Shown in pieces: positions 20,934-30,304 of a stretch of DNA of 64,000 bases. The translations under genes and the position numbers were made by a program. Position 1 is the first letter of the stretch. Every line of letters starts with the position of its first letter. The notes below the pieces were generated by a model. It saw only the letters and a list, made by a program, of their open reading frames with translations. It searched no databases and was not told the origin of the DNA. This DNA comes from an uncultured delta proteobacterium (GTDB lineage Bacteria; Myxococcota; Myxococcia; Myxococcales; Myxococcaceae), in assembly GCA_963796055.1 (NCBI GenBank), contig CAWCKH010000001.1, positions 32,001 to 96,000 of the forward strand, given 5' to 3'.

Positions 20934-21622
20934 GAGACCACCGCCTCTCGGGGGCGGGGTGACACGTCCGGCACCGTCGTCTCCCGCATCCGGGCGGCCA
21001 GCGCGATCCGGTAGCGGGCCACGAGGAAGACGATCAGCACCGCCAGGAAGGCGAAGGCGTTCCAGCGGAGGGCGATCACCATCTGTGGGTCCACCGTCTT
21101 CGGGCTGGACTGGACCTGGTGGAGGCTCTTCCACCACTTCACGCTGAAGTACACGACCGGGACGTCCACCGCGATGATGATGCCCACCACCGCGGACCAG
21201 ACGGCCCGGCGGTCCGGGTCGTCCACGAAGCGCCGGAGCGCGAGGTACCCGGCGTAGGCCACCAGCAGGATGGCCATGGTGGTCAGCCGGGGGTCCCAGG
21301 CCCAGTACACGCCCCAGGTTGGCCGCCCCCAGATCGCGCCGAGGAGGATGGCGATGGTGCCGAAGCAGAGCCCCACCTCGGCGGTGGCCTCGGCGAAGGC
21401 GTCCTTCTTCCAGGAGGCCTTCCAGAGGTAGCTGACGCAGGTGCCGAAGTTCATCGTCGCCGCCAGGAGCGCCATCCAGGCGGCGGGCACGTGCATGTAC
21501 ATGATGCGCTGCACGTGACCCATCTCGCGGTCGGGCGGCGCCCAGGCGAGCCCGATCCAGGCCCCCGAGACGAGGAGGGCGAAGGCGAGCAACACGAACC
21601 CGATGCGGACCGGCTTGCTCAT
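20930..21622 (-). CDS. ccmC: Heme exporter CcmC
   Basis: IMYMHVPAAW; WGRPTWGVYWAWDPRLT; SVKWWKSLHQ. Confidence 0.95.
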   Translation of the reverse strand: MSKPVRIGFVLLAFALLVSGAWIGLAWAPPDREMGHVQRIMYMHVPAAWMALLAATMNFGTCVSYLWKASWKKDAFAEATAEVGLCFGTIAILLGAIWGRPTWGVYWAWDPRLTTMAILLVAYAGYLALRRFVDDPDRRAVWSAVVGIIIAVDVPVVYFSVKWWKSLHQVQSSPKTVDPQMVIALRWNAFAFLAVLIVFLVARYRIALAARMRETTVPDVSPRPREAVVS

Positions 21623-21642
21623 AGGAGAGAATCCATGCGTGC

Positions 21643-22329
21643 TTACTCCTCGACAACCCGGGGGAACAACAGGACCCCCAGTCCCCAGTAGATGAGATCG
21701 AAGCTGGTCAGCAGCGCCAGCCATGAGGGGAATTGACCCATCGGGTCCCCCTCGAACACCAGTGCCGTCCCCTTGGCGGCCGCGACGAGCGCGGGGATGA
21801 GGATGGGAAAGAGCAGGAGCGGCAGGAGCACGTCCCGGGCGCGGGCGTGGCTGGCGATGGCCCCATACAGAGTGCCCGGCGCGGCGATGGCCAGGCAGCC
21901 GAGCCCGATCAGCCCGAGGAGCTGACCCCAGGGAAGGACGATCCGAACGTCGAGGAGGGCCACCAGGACCGGGACCAGGAGCACTCCCAGCCCGGCGAGC
22001 AGCACTGCGTTGGCCACCGCCTTGGCGAGGAAGATGGCCCGGGCGTTCACCGGCACCAGGCGCAGACCCTCCAGCGCGGCGTTCTCCCGCTCGACCCGGA
22101 ACGATTCACCGAGCGCCAGCACGCTGGCCAGCAGCAGCGCGAGCCACAGGTACCCGCCGGCGTTCCTCCGGAGCAATGCGGTGTCCGGCCCGAGCGCGAA
22201 GGAGAAGAGCAGCAAGGTGGCGAGGGAGAAGAAGACCAGCGCGTTCACCCGCGCGCGCGAGCGCCACTCGAGCAGCAGGTCCTTGCGGAAGAGGACCCAC
22301 GTCGAGGCCACGAGGCCAGGGCGCCTCAT
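21643..22329 (-). CDS. ccmB: Heme exporter CcmB
   Basis: KDLLLEWRSR; LLPLLLFPILIP; multi-TM. Confidence 0.92.
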   Translation of the reverse strand: MRRPGLVASTWVLFRKDLLLEWRSRARVNALVFFSLATLLLFSFALGPDTALLRRNAGGYLWLALLLASVLALGESFRVERENAALEGLRLVPVNARAIFLAKAVANAVLLAGLGVLLVPVLVALLDVRIVLPWGQLLGLIGLGCLAIAAPGTLYGAIASHARARDVLLPLLLFPILIPALVAAAKGTALVFEGDPMGQFPSWLALLTSFDLIYWGLGVLLFPRVVEE

Positions 22330-22970
22330 GCGGCGATCGATCGTCCCTGTTCCAGATGTAATCGGTCCGTGCAGAGCTGAAGCCCCTGTTCGATGTGGTG
22401 CGTGGCGAGGACGAGCGTGGTGCCGGCGGCGCGCAGCTCCCGGATGCGGGCCTCGAGCTCCGCGACACCGCTCGGGTCCAGCTCGACGAAGGGCTCGTCG
22501 AGGAGCGCCACCGCCGGCTGCTTGAGGAAGAGCCGGGCCAGGGCGAGCCGCCGCCGCATCCCGGCGGAGTAGGTGCGCACCGGCCGGTCGTCCCCGGGCG
22601 ACAGCCCGAGTCGCTCCAGCGCCTCGCTGGCGGTCGACGCCGGCTCGCCGAGCAAGCGGGCGAGGACCTTGAGGTTCTCGAGGCCCGAGAGGTCCTCGTA
22701 GACGAAGTTGGCGTGGCTCAGCAGGCCCACCTGCTCGCGGACCTTCTCTGGCTCCACGGCGGAGTCGAGGCCCAGGACCTCCACCTTCCCCGACGACGGG
22801 CGCACCGCGGTCGCCAGGACCCGGAGCAGGGTCGTCTTGCCCGAGCCGTTGGGGCCGGTGAGGAGGACGGCGGCGCCGCGGCGCACCCTCAGCGACAGAC
22901 GGACGAGCGCCCACTGCGCCCCGTAGCGCTTGCTGACCTCGTGCAGCTGCAGGGCTGGGGCGAGTTCCAC
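22326..22970 (-). CDS. ccmA: Heme ABC exporter ATPase CcmA
   Basis: GPNGSGKTT, YSAGMRRRL, LLDEP; first gene of the ccm cluster. Confidence 0.9.
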   Translation of the reverse strand: MELAPALQLHEVSKRYGAQWALVRLSLRVRRGAAVLLTGPNGSGKTTLLRVLATAVRPSSGKVEVLGLDSAVEPEKVREQVGLLSHANFVYEDLSGLENLKVLARLLGEPASTASEALERLGLSPGDDRPVRTYSAGMRRRLALARLFLKQPAVALLDEPFVELDPSGVAELEARIRELRAAGTTLVLATHHIEQGLQLCTDRLHLEQGRSIAA

Positions 22971-23012
22971 GTGGTCCGAGGGGGTGACTGTCCGAAATCC
23001 CGCGCAAACGCA

Positions 23013-23028
23013 AGCAGGCAACGTGCCA
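23013..23028 (-). promoter_or_regulatory. sigma54 -24/-12 promoter of the ccm operon
   Basis: Minus strand reads TGGCACGTTGCCTGCT, GG-N10-GC, about 43 bp upstream of ccmA. Confidence 0.6.
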
Positions 23029-23116
23029 CCGTTCGGGCCTGACCCCGGTTGCGTGGAGTTCTTACAGCGGATCAGGCGCGGGCCGCGAATCTCCTCGTGA
23101 TTCGAGGCTGCTCGGA

Positions 23117-23132
23117 TGGCACCCGACCTGCA
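23117..23132 (+). promoter_or_regulatory. sigma54 -24/-12 promoter of the wzx-GT unit
   Basis: TGGCACCCGACCTGCA, GG-N10-GC. Confidence 0.6.
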
Positions 23133-23305
23133 GAGGCTGCGTTTGGGGAGCGGGAGGGGATGGGAGAGGGCGACGCATTTGCGCCGAGCGGTGGATGGGC
23201 GGGCGGGCGGCTGGGAGAACCGAGGGGGCCGCCCGCCTGCTGGCCAACATCTGTGAGGGTCTCGGCTGTCGGTCCCGCGCACCGGACCCAACTTCCTCCA
23301 CACCG

Positions 23306-24859
23306 ATGAGCTCCCCTTCGTTCCTCCGGCGCGCGGGCCCGCTGGTCCTCGCCCGGTTCGCGAGCGCGGTGGTCACCACCGTCGTGCCGCTGGTGCTCGC
23401 CCGGGCGATGCCGATCGCGGAGTACGGGACGTACAAGCAGCTGTTCCTGGTGGGGGTGACGCTCACCGCCATCCTGGCCTTCGGCGTCCCGCAGAGCCTC
23501 TATTACTTCCTGCCGCGCACCGAGCGGGGACGGCCGTACATCATCCACGTCCTGGTGCTGCTGGCCGGAGCCGGGGCGGTGGCGGCGGCACTGGTGCTGG
23601 TGGCCACGCCATGGATCGGCCGGCTCTTCTCCGCGCCGAGCCTGCCCGAGTACCGGTACGCGCTCGCCACCTACGCCGGTTTCTTCCTCGCGGCGTCGCC
23701 GCTGGAGACCCTCTTCACCAGCCAGGGCCGCACCGGACTCGCCGCGTTGAACTACCTGGTCTGGGACACCCTTCGTGCCGCGGCGATGACCGTGCCCATC
23801 CTCCTGGGGCTGGGGCTGCAGGCGACGATGTGGAGCGTGGCAGGGCTGATGGTGGTCCGGGCGATCGCCACCTGGACGATGGCGGTGAACGCCGCCCCCG
23901 GGCCCTGGTGGAATGGCGCAGCGCTCAGGGCCCAGCTGGCGTATGCGCTCCCCTTCGGGGCGGCGATGGCCATCTCGGTGCCGCAGCACTCGCTGCATCA
24001 GTGGGTGGTGAGCGCGCAGTTCGATCCGGCGCTGTTCGCCATCTACACCGTGGGCTGCTTTCAGCTCCCCATCGTGGACCTCCTCTACACCCCCACCACC
24101 GAGGTGCTGATGGTGCACGTGGGCGAGCTGGAGCGGGCAGGACGCCTGGCGGACTCGGTGGGCCTGTCCCGGGACGCCTCGGCCCGGCTGGCGTTCGTCT
24201 TCGTCCCCAGCTGCGCCTTCCTGATCGCCGCGGCGCCGGCCTTCATCGAGGCCGTGTTCGGGGCGAAGTTCCTTTCCGCCGTGCCGCTCTTCCGGGTGAG
24301 CACCCTGGCGGTGCTGTTCGGGTGCTTCCCGCTGGACGGGCTCCTTCGCGCCCGGGGAGAGACCCGGGCCATCCTCCTCTCCTACGTGGTGAAGGCGCTG
24401 ATCACCGTCCCGCTGGTGCTGCTGCTGGTCGGGAGGTTCGGACTTATCGGCGGCGTCATCTCCTGGCTCGTCGCCGAGGCGGTGGGGAAGGTGCTTCTGG
24501 TGGCCCGGCTGCCGCGTGCGCTGCAGCTGGAGTCGCCGCGGCGGCTGCTCGGGCTCGTGCCTTTCCGGGACGGGCTCCGGGCGACCATCGCCGCGGGGGT
24601 GGCGGTGGCGGTGATGCTGGTCTGGGACCGGGTCATCGCCGGCCACTTCATCTCCCTGCCGCACACCTTCTTCTGGCGACTCTTCCCGGTGGGGTCGGAC
24701 GCGCTGGTCTTCACCCTGGCCTACGTCATGGTCCTGCACGCCCAGGGCATCCGGGTGCTCCGTGTGCTCTCCATGCTCCGCCGCGCGCGCCCGGTGTCGG
24801 CGCCCGTCCTTCCGGCCCAGCCCGATCCGGGAGAGGCGGCCGAGGCCCCGGTCCTCTGA
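23306..24859 (+). CDS. wzx: Wzx-type oligosaccharide flippase (ExoM-like)
   Basis: Multi-TM; PLVLAR..EYGTYKQ; SLYYFLP; YALPFG; FAIYTVG. Confidence 0.85.
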   Translation: MSSPSFLRRAGPLVLARFASAVVTTVVPLVLARAMPIAEYGTYKQLFLVGVTLTAILAFGVPQSLYYFLPRTERGRPYIIHVLVLLAGAGAVAAALVLVATPWIGRLFSAPSLPEYRYALATYAGFFLAASPLETLFTSQGRTGLAALNYLVWDTLRAAAMTVPILLGLGLQATMWSVAGLMVVRAIATWTMAVNAAPGPWWNGAALRAQLAYALPFGAAMAISVPQHSLHQWVVSAQFDPALFAIYTVGCFQLPIVDLLYTPTTEVLMVHVGELERAGRLADSVGLSRDASARLAFVFVPSCAFLIAAAPAFIEAVFGAKFLSAVPLFRVSTLAVLFGCFPLDGLLRARGETRAILLSYVVKALITVPLVLLLVGRFGLIGGVISWLVAEAVGKVLLVARLPRALQLESPRRLLGLVPFRDGLRATIAAGVAVAVMLVWDRVIAGHFISLPHTFFWRLFPVGSDALVFTLAYVMVLHAQGIRVLRVLSMLRRARPVSAPVLPAQPDPGEAAEAPVL

Positions 24860-24870
24860 GGCGGCGAGCG

Positions 24871-25959
24871 ATGGGAGCGCGCCTCGTCGTCCTGGCCGAT
24901 TTCACCCCGCGAGGGGAGCGCAGCCTGGATCTGCTCTTTCTGCGGCTCGGGCGACGGGTCCGGCAAGCCGGGTGGCCGGTGCGGATGCTTTACTACGCCC
25001 CGCCGGCGCCCGAGTTCTCCCGGGACCTCGAGGCGGCGGGAGTGGAGTGGGGCACGGCGCCGTTCCCCCTTCAGAAGGAACCGATCCGGTTCTGGAAGGC
25101 GATTGGCAGCGGCCCGGTGGTGGTGCAATCGCACTTCGTCTCGCCCTGGGACCCGTGGTTGCTGCTGGCCCGTGGCACTGGACGCATCGCCAGGCTGCAG
25201 GTCGTCGACCACTCGGGACACCAGGTCTCGGTGAAGGGGCCTCTTCTCCGAACGGTGGAGCGCCTCCGCGGCAAGGTCGCGAACCGTCTCATCGACCACG
25301 CGGTGGGCGTCTCGGGGTTCGTCGCCCGCAGGCTGATCTCGCTCGGCCTCTCGCCCGACCGGGTATCGGTCGTTCACAACGGCATCGACGTCGACCGCTG
25401 GCCTGCCCGCGAGCGTCCTCGTCGCCCCGGGCCTCCGCGGCTCGCCTATGCCGGCCGGCTCCACGCCGAGAAGGGGATCCACGTGCTCCAGCGCGCCTTC
25501 GAGCGGCTGGAGCGACGGCTCCCCGGGGTCGAGCTGTTCGTGGCCGGCGAGGGGCCGGAGCGGGAGCAGCTCACGGCCTGGGCGCGGGGAAGGGCGGTGA
25601 CCCTCCTCGGGACAGTCCGTGGCCTCGGGCCGCTCTTCCGGGACATCGACGTGCTCCTCGCTCCCACCCTGGTGAACGAGTCGTTTGGGCTGTCTCCCGC
25701 CGAGGCGATGTGCTCGGAGGCGGCGGTGGTGGCCTCGGACGTCGGCGGGCTCCCGGAGGTGGTCGGGGACTGCGGCCGCCTGGTGCCGCGCGGCGACGCC
25801 GACGCAGTCGCCGACGCGGTGGTCGACTTCTGCACCGATTTCGAGGCCTGTGCCGAGCTGGGCCGGCGCGGGCGGGAGCGGGTGCTGCAGCGGTTCACGC
25901 TCGATCGCGCGGTGAATGCGCTGGTGAGCTCCGCGCAGGCGCTCCTCGCTCGAGCCTAG
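24871..25959 (+). CDS. Glycosyltransferase family 4
   Basis: VHNGID, YAGRLHAEKG, ESFGLSPAEAM (EX7E), SDVGGLPEVV. Confidence 0.9.
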   Translation: MGARLVVLADFTPRGERSLDLLFLRLGRRVRQAGWPVRMLYYAPPAPEFSRDLEAAGVEWGTAPFPLQKEPIRFWKAIGSGPVVVQSHFVSPWDPWLLLARGTGRIARLQVVDHSGHQVSVKGPLLRTVERLRGKVANRLIDHAVGVSGFVARRLISLGLSPDRVSVVHNGIDVDRWPARERPRRPGPPRLAYAGRLHAEKGIHVLQRAFERLERRLPGVELFVAGEGPEREQLTAWARGRAVTLLGTVRGLGPLFRDIDVLLAPTLVNESFGLSPAEAMCSEAAVVASDVGGLPEVVGDCGRLVPRGDADAVADAVVDFCTDFEACAELGRRGRERVLQRFTLDRAVNALVSSAQALLARA

Positions 25960-26047
25960 GGCCACGGGGGGTGTGCCGATTTTCGAGGGGATCGCAAAAG
26001 TCGCGTCGCGCTCGCCGTGCGCGGCGCCCGGCCGGCTGCTCTCCGAG

Positions 26048-26079
26048 CTGCTTTCGCTGTACCGAAACTGGTTACAAGG
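26048..26079 (+). promoter_or_regulatory. Conserved upstream element, copy 1
   Basis: CTGCTTTCGCTGTACCGAAACTGGTTACAAGG; 28 of 32 positions match copy 2. Confidence 0.55.
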
Positions 26080-26139
26080 CTGCGTAACAGCCCCGCGTCG
26101 TACGGTGCGCCCTCTCTCACGAGCCCCGAGGAGGCGTGG

Positions 26140-27555
26140 TTGCACCCACTCGCAAGGACCCTGGGACTGGCAGCAGGACTCTTTCCCCTCGCTGTGCTGG
26201 CTGCTGGAGCGGACGGAAGCTGGTCGTGGTGCTCACAACCGAGACGGCTCTCGCCGGACCCGGCCGGTCGAACGTTTCACGTGCGGACATCGGGGGTCGA
26301 CCCCGGGACGTGCCCGAGCTGGTCCGGATACACCTTCCGGACGATCTCCGGGGCGGCCCGCTGCGCGCGAGGCAAGGACACGATCTACGTCCACGGTGGC
26401 ACCTACGGGCCCGTGCAGCTGGCCAACATGTGGCCGGGCGACACGATCCTCATCACCAACGCGCCGGGGGAGAACCCGGTCATCGAGGGCTGGGGTAGCG
26501 TCGCGGACTTCGGCGCCATCGTCGGCCTGTGGCGGGTGAGCAACATCGCCATCCAGGGGCTCGAGATCCGGAACACCGGCGTCCCCGACGCCGAGCACGG
26601 CGCGTACGGCGTCCACGCCTACGAGTCGACGCACGTGAAGCTCTACTACAACACCGTCCACGACACCGCCCGACACGGCATCCTCACCAACGGTCACCAG
26701 GTCGAGGTGGTGGGCAACGAGGTCTACAACACGGTCATGCGGAATCAGTGGTTCAAGTCGGACTACTGGGACGCGGCGGTCACCAGCCAGCCGGACCGGA
26801 GCCAGTGGGGGTACAAGCTCATCGGCAATTCCATCCACGACAGCTACGGGGAGTGCGCGGACGTCCTCGCGGTCGACGGGGCCACCGTCGAGGGGAACAG
26901 GATCTACAACTGCGTCAGCACCAACGTCTTCGTGTCGAACTCCCGGAACGTCACGGTGAACCGGAACTGGATCTACGCGAGCACCGACAAGTTCAACCGC
27001 CGCGACTACGGCAACCGCGCCACCGGCATCCAGCTCGCGAACGAGGCCCGGGCGGTCGGCTGGTCCCTGAACAACATCCGGATCACCAACAACATCGTGG
27101 AGTGGGTCAGCCAGGGCGTGCGCTACTGGAAGGCGCCGCACGGTGCGCAGCCGGTGAAGGACACCTACGGAAGCCTCTACATCGCCTTCAACGACTTCAA
27201 CCGGACCCAGTTCTCTCCGATCCGGTTCGACACCCCCGAAGGATGGTCGCCGCGAGGTAACAGCAAGCTGCGGCGCAACCTCGTCCTCAACCGGAGCGGG
27301 TACAAGTGGTTCTCCACGGACCAGTCGGGCTCCTGGAACGTGACCGGGAACTGGAACTACGGAAAGGACACCACCGCGACCAGCCCCGGCATCAAGGACA
27401 CCTGGGGCACCTACGTCCCCGCGTACGAGCTCAAACCGGGCGCGGTGATCCGCTGGACGATCTCCCCGTGGTCCGAGCCGGAGATGCCCTCCACGGACTA
27501 CCACTGCCAGTCCCGCGGCCAGAACGACTGGAACACGCCCGGCGCGATCAACTGA
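26140..27555 (+). CDS. Secreted right-handed parallel beta-helix protein, paralog 1
   Basis: GAGGAGG RBS then TTG; FRTI..AA....DTIYVHGGTY; Asn-ladder repeats (GNEVYN, GNSIHD, GNRIYN). Confidence 0.8.
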   Translation: MHPLARTLGLAAGLFPLAVLAAGADGSWSWCSQPRRLSPDPAGRTFHVRTSGVDPGTCPSWSGYTFRTISGAARCARGKDTIYVHGGTYGPVQLANMWPGDTILITNAPGENPVIEGWGSVADFGAIVGLWRVSNIAIQGLEIRNTGVPDAEHGAYGVHAYESTHVKLYYNTVHDTARHGILTNGHQVEVVGNEVYNTVMRNQWFKSDYWDAAVTSQPDRSQWGYKLIGNSIHDSYGECADVLAVDGATVEGNRIYNCVSTNVFVSNSRNVTVNRNWIYASTDKFNRRDYGNRATGIQLANEARAVGWSLNNIRITNNIVEWVSQGVRYWKAPHGAQPVKDTYGSLYIAFNDFNRTQFSPIRFDTPEGWSPRGNSKLRRNLVLNRSGYKWFSTDQSGSWNVTGNWNYGKDTTATSPGIKDTWGTYVPAYELKPGAVIRWTISPWSEPEMPSTDYHCQSRGQNDWNTPGAIN

Positions 27556-27728
27556 CTGCCGATCGCCCCACCCCCCGCCCACGGACGCACGCACCAGCCG
27601 AGCGGCTTCATCAGGCACGATGTGCCCGACCGGCAAACCCTCGGCCATCGTCCCTGGTTTGACGCCCGGGAGGGAGGCGAGCGCGTCCGTCTCCAGGCGA
27701 GCCGTCGACCCCCTGCTCGCTGTCCGAC

Positions 27729-27760
27729 CTGCTTTCGATGTACCCAAACTGTTTACCAGG
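27729..27760 (+). promoter_or_regulatory. Conserved upstream element, copy 2
   Basis: CTGCTTTCGATGTACCCAAACTGTTTACCAGG, at a similar distance from the start as copy 1. Confidence 0.55.
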
Positions 27761-27819
27761 ATTCATGTCCGCCCTGCGTCGTATGAGACCGCCTCTCGAG
27801 ACAGGAGACCGAGGAGGCG

Positions 27820-29232
27820 GTGTTGCACGCGTTTGGAAGACTGCTGGGAGTGGGGATGGCCATGGCCGCGTCCGCAGCGTTGGCCGCGGGGGCGGATGGC
27901 AGCTGGACGTCGTGCGCGAAGCCGGCGCGGCTCCAGCCTGACTGGAGTGCACGGTTGTTCCATGTCGCGACCTGGGGAACCGATCCCGGGTGGTGCCCGT
28001 GGAACGGCTACACGTTCCGGACCATCACCGCCGCCGCGAAGTGCCTCAAGGGCGGCGATACCATCTACGTCCACGGCGGGACCTACGGGCCGGTGCAGCT
28101 GGCGAACCTCTGGCCGAGTTCGCGAGTCCTGATCACGAATGCCCCGGGGGAGAACCCGATCATCGACGGCTGGGGAGGCATTGCCGATTACGGCGCGGTC
28201 TTCGGGCTGTGGCAGGTGGGGAACGTCTCCATCCAGGGCCTCGAGATCCGCAACACCGGCGTGTCCGATGCCGAGCATGGCGGGTACGGCATCCACGTGA
28301 GCGGGGGGAGCAACATCAAGCTCTACTACAACACCGTCCACGACACTGCCCGGCACGGCATCATCACCGAGGGCAGCGGGCACGAGATCGTCGGCAACGA
28401 GGTCTACAACACGGTGATGCGCAACCAGTGGTGGCAGTCGAACTACTGGGACGCCGCGGTCTCGAGCCACCCCAGCAAGAATCAGTGGGGCTTCAAGCTG
28501 ATCGGCAACTCCATCCACGACAGCCACGGCGAGTGCGCGGACGTGCTGGCGGTGGACGGGGCGACGGTGGAGGGAAACCGGATCTACAACTGCGTCTCCA
28601 CCAACCTCTTCGTCTCCAACTCCCAGAACGTCACGGTCAACCGGAACTGGATCTACGCGAACACCGACCAGTACAACCGGCCCGACCTCGGCTACCGGGC
28701 CACGGGCGTGCAGCTCGCCAACGAGAGCACCTGGGTGGGGTGGTCCCTCAAGAACATCCGGATCACCAACAACATCGTCGAGTGGGTCAGCCAGGGCATC
28801 CGCTACTGGCGGGCGCACTCCGGCGGGAGCGTCACCGACACCTACGGGAGCCTCTACGTCGGCTTCAACGACATCAACCGGACCAAGTTCGCGCCGATCC
28901 GGTTCGATACTCCCGAGTGGGGCTGGCCATCGTCGAACAGCAGGCTCCGGCAGAACATCGTCCTCAACGCCAGCTCGAACTTCTGGTTCTCCAGCAACGA
29001 GTCCGGCGCCTGGAACACGGGCAGCAACCGGACCTACGCTTGGAGCTGGAGCACCTACAACCCGGGCATCAACGACCCGTACGGCACCTACACCTGGGCG
29101 TACCGCTGGCGATCGGGAGCGTGGCAGCGGTACACCGTCGCGCCCTGGTCGGAGTGGGACATGCCTGGCGACGACTATAACTGCCAGGACCGGGACCAGA
29201 ACAGCTGGAACAGTCCCGGGGCGATGAACTGA
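27820..29232 (+). CDS. Secreted right-handed parallel beta-helix protein, paralog 2
   Basis: Collinear with paralog 1; long identical blocks (GECADVLAVDGATVEGNRIYNCVSTN); ends NSPGAMN. Confidence 0.82.
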   Translation: MLHAFGRLLGVGMAMAASAALAAGADGSWTSCAKPARLQPDWSARLFHVATWGTDPGWCPWNGYTFRTITAAAKCLKGGDTIYVHGGTYGPVQLANLWPSSRVLITNAPGENPIIDGWGGIADYGAVFGLWQVGNVSIQGLEIRNTGVSDAEHGGYGIHVSGGSNIKLYYNTVHDTARHGIITEGSGHEIVGNEVYNTVMRNQWWQSNYWDAAVSSHPSKNQWGFKLIGNSIHDSHGECADVLAVDGATVEGNRIYNCVSTNLFVSNSQNVTVNRNWIYANTDQYNRPDLGYRATGVQLANESTWVGWSLKNIRITNNIVEWVSQGIRYWRAHSGGSVTDTYGSLYVGFNDINRTKFAPIRFDTPEWGWPSSNSRLRQNIVLNASSNFWFSSNESGAWNTGSNRTYAWSWSTYNPGINDPYGTYTWAYRWRSGAWQRYTVAPWSEWDMPGDDYNCQDRDQNSWNSPGAMN

Positions 29233-29280
29233 CCTGCGCCCCCGGGACGGCGTCAGTGCCGCCCCCTGGGGAGCCGTGAA

Positions 29281-30111
29281 TCACTCGCGCGTGCGCGTGC
29301 AGTTGGTCTGTCCGCCCTGGGCGGCCGGGATCTCGTCGCAGATGAAGTAGCCCACCCGCTGGTCACCGGTCCCGCCGAAGAGCCCGATGGTCCACACCGC
29401 GGTGATGACCCCTGCCCGGAAGTTCACCGGGGCCGAGAACAGGTCGGGGTTCTGCTGCGGGGGCGCGAGCCGGATGGCCAGCTGAAGCGCCGGGTTCGGG
29501 TCGATGTCCTGGTACCCGTCGACGATGCCCGTGCCCGCGGAGTTGTAGCGGAAGGGGACCTGCGCCTCGGTGAGCCACACCCAGGTCCCTCCGTCGCTGA
29601 CCCCGTCGGCGAGCGCGGCCGAATTGGGCACCGCGTTGGTGTACCGGAAGCGGGCCTTGCCGGCCGCCGGCGCCTCCTGGTGTTCGATGTACTGGATGAG
29701 CTGGTACGGGCCCACCGCGCCCGGTGCCAGCTCGCCCAGCGCGGCGACGGTGTACGTGCCGTGAGCATTGATGGTCTGCGCCGTCCGATCAGGGCCGATC
29801 GGTGTGGAGCAGTCGCCGCCGGGCGCCACGGAGCGGAAGTCGAGCGTTCCCGGGTCGATGTAGACGACCTTGGTCATCGCCGGAAAGGCGAGGCCGGCGT
29901 CGAGCCCGTTTCTCGCCAGCACCGGCGAGCCCCAGCTCTGAGACCCCGACGCCCGGATGCACATATCGATCGGGGGAGCGTCGGGCGAGAGATTCCCGAA
30001 GCGCACCCACGCCTTGTCCTGAGGCGGACCGGCGTCCTGGTCCGTGTCGTCCCCGCAGCCCAGCCACGCCACCGTCAGGACTGCTGCCACTGCCACCAAG
30101 AACGCCTTCAT
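29281..30111 (-). CDS. DUF4397-like lipoprotein
   Basis: Lipobox WLGC; VRFGNLSPDAPPIDMC; second repeat RFRYTNAVPN. Confidence 0.7.
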   Translation of the reverse strand: MKAFLVAVAAVLTVAWLGCGDDTDQDAGPPQDKAWVRFGNLSPDAPPIDMCIRASGSQSWGSPVLARNGLDAGLAFPAMTKVVYIDPGTLDFRSVAPGGDCSTPIGPDRTAQTINAHGTYTVAALGELAPGAVGPYQLIQYIEHQEAPAAGKARFRYTNAVPNSAALADGVSDGGTWVWLTEAQVPFRYNSAGTGIVDGYQDIDPNPALQLAIRLAPPQQNPDLFSAPVNFRAGVITAVWTIGLFGGTGDQRVGYFICDEIPAAQGGQTNCTRTRE

Positions 30112-30304
30112 CGCGCTGCCTCCCTGGGTGCACCCCGAGCGGCGGAATGGATGGGCACGGGTCCATCGGAGCGGAACGGCGTGCCGTCCCGCTGTGTTCA
30201 CTGTCGACCGGGCGGCGGTTTCATTGGTCCTGGGTGTGCACGGGAGGTCACAGCCCGGACCTCGGCGGTGACGGTCGCCCATGCCCCGGAGCTGGAAAGG
30301 CGTC

